Assembly: GCF_006345805.1 (NCBI RefSeq)
Contig: NC_043001.1
Coordinates: forward strand, 41,788,001-41,852,000
Source: Octopus sinensis
Lineage: Eukaryota
Length of the DNA stretch: 64,000 nucleotides
Direction of reading: 5' to 3'
Below the pieces are notes generated by a model. That model was not told the origin of the DNA and searched no databases. It worked only from the letters and a program-made list of their open reading frames with translations. This document shows, piece by piece, positions 55,449-64,000 of this stretch. The position numbers were made by a program, and so were the translations under genes. The first letter of the stretch is position 1, and each line of letters opens with the position of its first letter.

Positions 55449-55539
55449 CTGAAAGAGAAGGACAAACAAATTAGCTTATGAAAAAAGGAAAAAGCCACAA
55501 TATCTCAATTTAGAATTAAACAACATAGGTATTAATTAC

Positions 55540-55681
55540 CTTTAGGAGCTGATATTGTGTTAGCCTCAGCTAAGAAATCTGGAGGATTTGCAAGAATTTC
55601 TTCAGCTAATTTTTGTGCTAATTTACATGCTTCTTTATTATGTCCATGTGTATGTAATGCTTCAGCACGTGCAAACCAAAT
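55540..55681 (-). CDS. ZSWIM8: ZSWIM8 exon
   Basis: IWFARAEALHTHGH...LAEEILANPPD; phase 0->1. Confidence 0.92.
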
Positions 55682-55874
55682 CTGCAATAATGACAGTTTG
55701 AAGCACTCGCAATCAGATTTGAATTTAGTTTATATATTTCAGAATTATACTCAAGAAATACAAAATTTAGTTTATAAGTGATTAGAAAGAAAGAAGAGAG
55801 AGAGAGTGAGAGAGAGAAATGAAGTTTTGTACCATTTATATAATTCATATATTTTAACTACACAAATTTCTTAA

Positions 55875-56092
55875 CCCTTTAGTATTTAAACCGGCCATAT
55901 CCGGCCAAAATATTTAATCTGTTTTATGTTCAAACTGCCAAATCCAGGCTCTCACACCGGCCCTACAATGTTATACTACGTTAAGTAATTACACCATCAA
56001 GATCTTGAAGATATGAGATAATGCATGATTAATTCAAATTAATGGGAATCAATAAGCATTATGTTTGATAGAATAATCTGAACACTAAAGGG
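55875..56092. mobile_element. piggyBac-type MITE
   Basis: TTAA|CCCTTTAG ... CTAAAGGG|TTAA. Confidence 0.8.
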
Positions 56093-56108
56093 TTAAACTG
56101 CATCTTAA

Positions 56109-56282
56109 CCCCTTTAGCATTCAGATTACTCTATCAAATGTAATGCCTATTTGTTCACTTTTTAAAATTAATTGTGCATTGTGCCATAACTTCAAGATTT
56201 CAATGATGTGACTGTTTCTTTTTAGAATGACAATGTAGTGTAGGTGTGTGAGGGTACATCTTGCTGTTTAGAATGCTGAGGG
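56109..56282. mobile_element. Second piggyBac-type MITE
   Basis: TTAA|CCCCTTTAGCATTC ... GAATGCTGAGGG|TTAA. Confidence 0.75.
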
Positions 56283-56305
56283 TTAAAACATGTTGAATTC
56301 AATGT

Positions 56306-58712
56306 CATCATCATCATCATGTAACGTCCGTTTTCCATGCTAGAATGGGTTGGACAGTTCGACCAGGGTCTGGGAAACCAGGAGGCTGTACCAGGCACCA
56401 GTCTGATCTGGCAGTATTTCTACAGCTGGATGCCCTTCCTAACACCAACCACTCCGTGAGTGTAGTGGGTGCTTTTTACGTGCCACTGGCACAGGTGCCA
56501 GGGGAGGCTGGTAGTAGCCACGATCGGTTGGTGCTTTTTACATGCCACCGGCATGGAAGCCAGTCAAGGTGGCGCTGGCATCGGCCACGTTCAGATGATG
56601 TTTTTTACGTACCACCGGCACAGGTATCACAACTACAATTTCCATTTGATTTTTTATTTTCATGTTGATGTACTTGACTCAATAGGTCTCTTCAAGCACA
56701 GCAGGTCACCCTATGATCAAAGGTAAGCACAGCAGGCCGTTCTGTGATCCAAGGTACTTTGGATGGACTGGGGCTGCTATGTGAAACTGGTGCAGGAAAC
56801 AGCCATGAACTCACATTATTCGTCAGGTCTTTGCAGTCACAGTATATCTCCAGAGATCTCGGTCTTTTGTCATTGCCTCTGTGAGGCGCAACGTCCAAAG
56901 GTCATGCTTGACCACCTCATCCCATGTCTTCCTGGGTCTACCTCTACCCCGGATTCCTTCAACAGTTTAGGAGTGGCACTTCTTCACACATCTCTCCTCA
57001 TCCATATGTAGTACATAACAATACCAGCGCAAACGTCCCTCTTGCACTCCACATCTGATGCTTCTTATGTCCAGCATTTCTCTCAGGGCACTTACACTAT
57101 GTCATGTGTGCACACTGACATTACACATCCAACGGATCATGCTAGCTTCATTTCTTTCAAGCCTATGCATGTCCTTTGCAGTCATAGTCCATGTTTCACT
57201 ACTGTGAAGCATGCCAGTTCGCACACATGCGTCGTACATTCTACCTTTCGCTCTGAGCGAGAGACCCTTTATCACCGGTAGGGGTAAAAGTTTTCTAAAC
57301 TTTGCCCAGGCTATTCGTATTCTAGTGGTGACACTCTTTGACCATGCACCTCCATTACTAACTTGGTCACCTAGGTAGCGGAAACTATCAACTATTTCTA
57401 GTTTCTCCCCTTGGAGTGTAATGGAATCTGTTTTCTGAGTATCAATGGTGTCTATTGCCCCTGTGCATCTACCACACACGAAAGCTATCTTCTCAATTAA
57501 TTTTCCTTTGATGTTGCTGTACCTCTTATGCGTCCATAGCTTACACTGGGTACATCTTATGGAGTTTCTATCTACACTTTTTCTACAGATCAAGCAGCGC
57601 CACCTACCTAAGGGGGTGTGTGATGAGTTCGCCTTCCAACTTACTATAACTTTGGTCTTTGCTACATTTACTCTAAGGCCTTTTGATTCTAAACCTAGCT
57701 TCCACACCTGAAATTTCTTTTCTAGTTCTAGTGGCGATTCTGCTATGAGAGCTAGGTCACCAGCATAGAGGAGCTCCCAGGGGCAACCCGTCTTGAATTC
57801 TCCAGTTATTGTCTGGAGGACTATGATGAATAAAAGGGGACTGTGGGCTGAACCTTGGTGGACCCCTACTTCTACCCAGAATTCTTCACTATACTCGTTG
57901 CCAATCCTAACCTTACTAATGGCCTCTGTAATAAGGCCTGTACAGCCCTTATTAGCCATTCGTCTATCTCCAGTTTCTGCATTGCCCACCAGATAAGGGA
58001 TTGGGGGACCCTGTCAAAAGCTTTCTCCAAGTCCACAAGAGCTAAGTAGAGAGGTTTATCTTTAGCTAGGTATTTCTCCTGCAGTTGTTGAACCAGGAAT
58101 ATGGCATCAGTAGTGCTTCTACCTGGAACAAAACCAAACTGCATCTCATCTAAGCAGACTCTCTCCCTAATGAGATGGACTATGACCCTCTCTGTGACCT
58201 TCATCACCTGATCCAGCAGTTTAATACCCCTGTAGTTATTTCTATCTAGAGCATCACCTTTACCCTTGTAGCAGTTAACTATGGTACTGCTACACCAATC
58301 ATTGCGTATGACTCCATTATGAACTACCTGGTTTACAATAGGTGACTAGGCCATAGCCCACACCACCAGATGCTTTAAGCAACTCAGCAGTAATTCTGGA
58401 TGGGCCGGGGGCTTTTCCTGGCTTCATACTCTTAATTGCTTTATCTACTAGGGAGTTGTCTATTGGGATAGCTGGTCCCTCTACTGGGTCAACATTTGGC
58501 AGGCTCTCCTCCTTCCATTCATTCTCCACATTCAGCAGTCTCTCATAATGGCTTCTCCAAGCCTCTTTCTTTTCAGAAACATTAAAAGCAAGTGCACCAT
58601 CATCCATGTAGATGCATTTCTCTCCTGTGACATCACAATTTTCTCTCACACACTGTCTAGCAATCCGAAATATCTCAGTTCTTTGGTCCTCACGTTGCTG
58701 GACATTGGCAAC
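56306..58712 (-). mobile_element. 5'-truncated RTE LINE (RT + 3' UTR)
   Basis: QFGFVPGRSTTDAIF, DLEKAFDRV, HQGSAHSP, LLYAGD; frameshifts; (CAT)n at ~56306. Confidence 0.92.
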
Positions 58713-58848
58713 CAATAAAAAGTTACAAACTAAAATTTATTTTTATATACAAAGAATAAAGATAGGAGTTCAAGCTCATTTAAAAATATTAACTAATTTT
58801 AGAATGAAGTTATACGAAAAATTAATTTTTTAACTGAATGATACTTAC

Positions 58849-59579
58849 ATCTTGTTTGCTGTAGCTAGTCTTCAGACCAAAGAAGTAATTTGGTTCCTCA
58901 GTTTTGTCTTTTTTCTTTTTCTCAGACTCTGATGATTTAACCAACACTTTAGTATCATAAAAATACAACTGGTATTCATCACTTGATGGCTGGGACTCTG
59001 CAGACAGACTGGGCTCTAAGCGCGGTGATTCTCCTCCTTGCTCAGAATGTGCAGAAGTCTTAGCTCCATTTTGGCAGCCAGATGTCCCTGGAAGTGAGGC
59101 ATCTGAGTCACCATTTGTATCTGACACAACCACAGAAAATTTTACAGAGTCAACTAAGTTCTTGTCTTTATAGTTTTGACAGTTACCCCTATACTCAGAG
59201 TTATCGATACTCTCTTGGTGTGTGACTTTGTTCTTTCCATTGCTGCTACTCGAGTTCCTAGTTGTTTCAGTGTCTGATTTATCTGGTTCACAAAATCCCT
59301 CAGAACCAGAACTCAGAACAGAATCCATGTTGCCAACATCAAAAGACATCAAACCAGGGCCTGGAATGCTTTTGAAAAAGTAATGAGGTTCCCTGAGGTC
59401 TGTGCCAGTTGTTGGGTCAAAATTCATTGCTGGATGGGTGCAGCGTGTTGAAGAATCTGAACTGATGAGATCTTGTGAACAAACTGCAACAGTCTGTACT
59501 CGAGATAATTTTTTAGTCTCTGTTTCTTGGATGCGACTAATGTGATACTGAGTGCCAAGACCCTCTGAGTATGTTATAC
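58849..59579 (-). CDS. ZSWIM8: ZSWIM8 exon
   Basis: ITYSEG...SSGSEGFCE...DEYQLYFYD...; open frame, phase 1->0. Confidence 0.88.
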
Positions 59580-59720
59580 CTGTAACAAGACAAAAACAGC
59601 AACATTAAACAATCAACATTACACATTACAATAATTAACACATTATCTACTGAACTAAACAATAACAAAACACACATTTTTAGTGACATATTTTTGTGTG
59701 TACAGTATCACCCATTTCTA

Positions 59721-60982
59721 TGAGGGGAATGCAAAAATTATCCGCACTTTCGCCATAACATATCTTTATTGTCATCACACTGCTTTCTACGCATGCATGC
59801 TTATAGTTGGTAATACTGTGTGATCAAAGTTTGTGCCTGATTACACCATTTTTTTCCCTGGCTTTACAGTGTAAGCATGGCTATTCCACTTGCAATGTGC
59901 ACCGAAGAAGAACTAAGAGCAGTGATCTGATTTCTCTGGTCAGAAGATGTGTCAAGTGCTGAGATTCATTGGAGGCTTTTAACACTATATAGGGACAGTG
60001 CACTACTGTGTAGAAGTGTGTATGAGTGGATTGAGAAATTTAAAAGTGGCTGGACAAGTGTGACATATGAAGAGAGAGCAGGATGCCCATCAACCTCCAC
60101 CACTGACGAGAAGATTCAGCAAGCTTGAGAGATAGTAATGGTGAACCAGCGAGTTATCAACGAGGTAGCTTGTTCTCTGCAGATTAATCATGGTTCTGCC
60201 TTTCAAATCAGCCATGATGACCTCGGTTTCTATAAAGTCTGTGCAAGATGGATGCCATGGGAACTTACTGCAGAGCACAAGTGCAAATGTTTTGAGATCT
60301 GCTGTTTACTTGATCACTATAACAATGGAGGTAAGGAATTTTTGAAAAGAATAGTCACAGGAGATGAAACGTGGATCCATCATTATTAGGCAGAGTATGA
60401 AGTGGAAACATCTTGGTTCACCAGCAATGAAGAAATTCAAGACTCAGTCTTCTGCAGGAAAGGTGACGCTCTTTTTTGGGACTCAAAAGGGCCTATACTA
60501 GAAGACTACCTTGGAAAGGGGTGTATGACCAACAGTGCTTTTCTGGCCAACAAACCGAAGCCAGCAATTTGTACCAAACAACGAAGCCTCTTGTCAAAGA
60601 AGGTTTTGTTGATGCATGACAATGCACGTCCACACACGGCTGCCCAGACTGTTTAAACCATTGGGTTTTGAGGTGCTGGAACACTCTGCCTACAGCCTAG
60701 ATCTTGCCCCTTTTGACTATAATATTTTTGGAGTGATCAAAGATGGTTTACAAGGTCATTGATTTCCTACAGATGAAAATGTGAAGGAAGCGGTGTGTAA
60801 ATGGTTGCATGGCTAACTGAAAACCTTCTTCTTTGAGGTAATACATAAGCTTGTGGAGTGCTGGACCAGGTGCATTGAAAAGGAAGGTGACTATATAGAA
60901 AAATGACGTACTTGTTTATCCCCTGCTTTTGTGTAAATACATTGAAAAAACAAGAATGTGTATAATTTTTTACTATCTCTCG
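59721..60982 (+). mobile_element. Full-length degenerate mariner (DD34D-type)
   Basis: TA|TGAGGGGAATGCAAAAATTAT ... ATAATTTTTTACTATCTCTCG|TA; ARWMP, TGDETW, HDNARPH, YSLDLAPFDY with stops and frameshifts. Confidence 0.9.
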
Positions 60983-61451
60983 TATGTAGATATGCCAAAC
61001 AGGCTTATGCAGCAAAAATATGTTATGATTATGGTGTAGAATAAATTTTTGTAAACAGAATGAGGAGTATTAGCATTGTAATAGAAATATAACAACCAGA
61101 ATTGTATAATACTAATTGTGAACAACACGAGGCACTACTGTTATGAAACTGAATGTTTAGTTATTTCCACTAGACCACCAACAGCAAGAAACTTTAATAT
61201 AAATGTACATCATCATCATTGTTTTCATATTCACTTAAATGGGTTGGACAGAGTTTACTGAAGTAGACTTTCTACAACTGGATATTGTCCCTGTTGTCAA
61301 CCTTCACACGTTTCTAAGCAGTGTAATAATTTCCCCCATGGCCAGACATGTTTTCACAGTATATTGGCAAGGAATGACATTGCTTATATGATTGTGACAT
61401 TACAACTTTCATTATTTAAAAATATCACGATGCTAACACAAAGAGACACAT

Positions 61452-61486
<35 letters not shown>

Positions 61487-61974
61487 ATATATATATACAC
61501 ACACATACACACAACAGGCTTCTTTCAGTTTCCATTTACCAAATCCACTTACAACGCTTTGGTTTCCTAGGGGACTATCGTAGAAGATACTTGCCCATGG
61601 AACCAAGTGGTAGGACTGAACTCAAAATAGTGTATTTGGGAAGCAAACTTTTCAAACCACACAGCCATGCCTGCAGCTAGTCATGCCAGTTAATTAAAAA
61701 ATATATATACAATTATTTAAAAAAATTAAGTACCTATCATATCTACCATAATTTTAAAATCCTGTTTTTTAAGCTTGTTAGCATGAATTGGACACATTTT
61801 ACATTATAAGAAATATGTGTAATGCTGAAATAAGATAAATTAGTTTTAGCCACATCATGTATATGATGCTTCTTAACTGAAATATTTTAATGGATCCAGC
61901 CTATTATGAGACATACAATTTAGATGAAACTAACACAAAACAAAAAAACTTCACAATACAAACATAATAATAAT

Positions 61975-62425
61975 CCTTTCTATGATAGGTTCAAGGCCTG
62001 AAATTTTGGGGAGGGGACAGGTCAATTACATTGATCCCAGTGCATAACTGATGCTTAATTTATTGACCCCGAAAGGATGAAAGGCAAAAATTGACCATGA
62101 CAGAATCTGAACTCAGAACATAGCGGCAGATGAAATACTGCTAAGCATTTCACCCAGCATGCTAACGATTCTGCCAGCTTGCCACCATACATACAATAAT
62201 TGCAATAATCCTTTCTACTAAAGGTACAAGGCTTGAAATTTGGGGAGGAGGGGACTTGTTGATTACATAAACGTCAGTGTTTCACTGGTACTTATTCTAT
62301 CGATCCTGCAAGGATGAAAGGCAAAATCAACCTTGACGGAATTTGAACTCAGAATGCAGCAATGGGTGAAATACCGCTAAGCATTTCGTCCAGTGTGCTA
62401 GCGATTCTGGTAGCTCGCTGCCTTA
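61975..62425 (-). repeat. Two tandem SINE-like units
   Basis: Reverse complement of the family at 1331-1725. Confidence 0.75.
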
Positions 62426-62811
62426 ATAATAATGAGAAGAATAAGAAGCTACTAGATAAAAAAAAATAAAAATAAACTTTGGAATACTTATAACTGGACA
62501 TAAGAGAATTCTATGGATGTGCTAAATAGACATTCCTAATTCATCATCATCATTTAACATCCATTGTCCATGCTGGCATGGGTTCAACAGTTTGACCAAG
62601 GCTGGTAAGCTAAGGGGCAACACCAGATTCCAGTCTAATTTGGTATGGTTTCTATGACTGGATGCCCTTCATAATGCCATCCACTACGAATTTATTCATA
62701 GAACAATAAATTCAAGCAGAGAAACAACTTTAATTTGCTGGAATATAATATATATTAATTTTAAACATCAAATGAATTTTTTAAAGGAAGAAATTATTAT
62801 AAAAAACCTAC

Positions 62812-63178
62812 CAGGAATATTGTATTCTTCCCAGTCCAATGAACAAGCCTCAACTGCTGGTTTAAACCCACAGAAATTTTCAATATCAGTCTTCTTCAGG
62901 CTAACTGGTATGCCAAAGCTTGAACCACGAATTTTTTTGACTTTGTCAATTGTGGATATATGCCAATCTCGGAATTTAGTGCATAGATCGTCTCGTTGGA
63001 TAGGTGACAGTTTTGGATTTAGAGCAGCCAGTCGCCATAGTGTGACAATTTCATCACAGAAACTGGCTGCTGCATGTTGGGAAGCATTTGCACTACTGTT
63101 GCTGTTGCAGCGATTCACATGGTTACTGTTACCACTGTGAGAACTGGACATTTTGGTTGCAAACCACCAAACTAAAAT
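62812..63178 (-). CDS. ZSWIM8: ZSWIM8 exon (most 5' in window)
   Basis: ILVWWF...HAAASFCDEIVTLWRLAALNP...FCGFKPAVEACSLDW; phase 0->1. The N-terminal SWIM-domain exons are outside the window. Confidence 0.93.
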
Positions 63179-63309
63179 CTAGAAAAAGAAAATTAAGATA
63201 AATCTTTAAAAAGAAACTGGTTAAAAAATTCAGCATTAATAAAAGCTGTAATTATTTGAAGATGATATTGCTAAGGGATCACTCTGTCTTTTTATCTATT
63301 TTTTGTCTT

Positions 63310-63507
63310 TATTTACTTGTTTCAGTCATTAGACAGCAGCCATGCAGGGGCACTGACTTAGAGAATTTCTTAGTCAAATGAAATAACCTCGTTATTTATT
63401 TTTTTAAAGCCTGGTACTTATTGGTCTCTTTGGTGAACCACTAAGTTATAAGGACGTAAACACACTAGCACCAATGGCCAAGCAGTGGTACAGGACAAAC
63501 AGAAAAA

Positions 63508-63543
<36 letters not shown>

Positions 63544-63700
63544 ACAGGCTTTCTTCTGTTTCCATCAACTAAATCCACTAATGAGGCTTTGGTTGGCCTG
63601 AGGCTATAGTACACTTGCCCAAGATGTTATGCAGTAGGACTGAACCTTGAATCATGTGGTTGGGAGGCAAGCTTCTTACCACACAGCCATGCCTGGGCCT
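63310..63700 (-). mobile_element. tRNA-derived SINE
   Basis: Same family as 50605-51001. Confidence 0.8.
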
Positions 63701-63824
63701 ATGTATTTCAATTTTTTAAAATAATCAAGAATTTAGAGGGATTTAGTAAAACAAATAACTTTGTTATTTTCCTTACATTACATTTTGATAGAATGTTTTA
63801 GTTGTGAACACTTTAAAATGAGTA

Positions 63825-64000
63825 TCATCATCATCATCATTTAACGTCCGCTTTCCATGCTAGCATGGGTTGGACGGTTCAACTGGGGTCTGGGGAGCCC
63901 GAAGGCTGCACCAGGCCAGTCAGATCTGGCAGTGTTTCTACAGCTGGATGCCCTTCCTAACGCCAACCACTCCGAGAGTGTAGTGGGTGATTTTATGTGC
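63825..64000 (-). mobile_element. RTE 3'-end/SINE copy (cut by window edge)
   Basis: Nearly identical to 20949-21130. Confidence 0.85.

Noticed and set aside
62772-63140. Plus-strand ORFs overlapping ZSWIM8 exons
   Set aside because: Antisense shadows of real coding exons.

Overview
AT-rich, microsatellite- and TE-dense eukaryotic DNA. The repeat families look like octopus/coleoid cephalopod (inference). Two host genes converge. On the + strand is the last coding exon (1775-1918) of a TGN38/TGOLN2-KCT2-like membrane protein. On the - strand are the 3' 17 coding exons (63178->32559, 4791 nt, all splice phases consistent) of ZSWIM8, including one GC-AG intron and an 84-nt symmetric exon. The ~25 kb between the genes and the ZSWIM8 introns hold RTE LINEs, SINEs, two Penelope-like elements, mariner/maT, Mutator, Helitron, piggyBac-type and Merlin-type elements. 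The most striking signal is a cluster of hammerhead-ribozyme (HHR) motifs between 4.7 and 23.8 kb. It includes a perfect 319-bp palindrome with one HHR per strand, an HHR downstream of a tRNA-like Pol III promoter, and a candidate HHR at 17.83-17.89 kb whose three strands are in an order that is not a circular permutation of types I/II/III. All calls are by eye; no searches were run.
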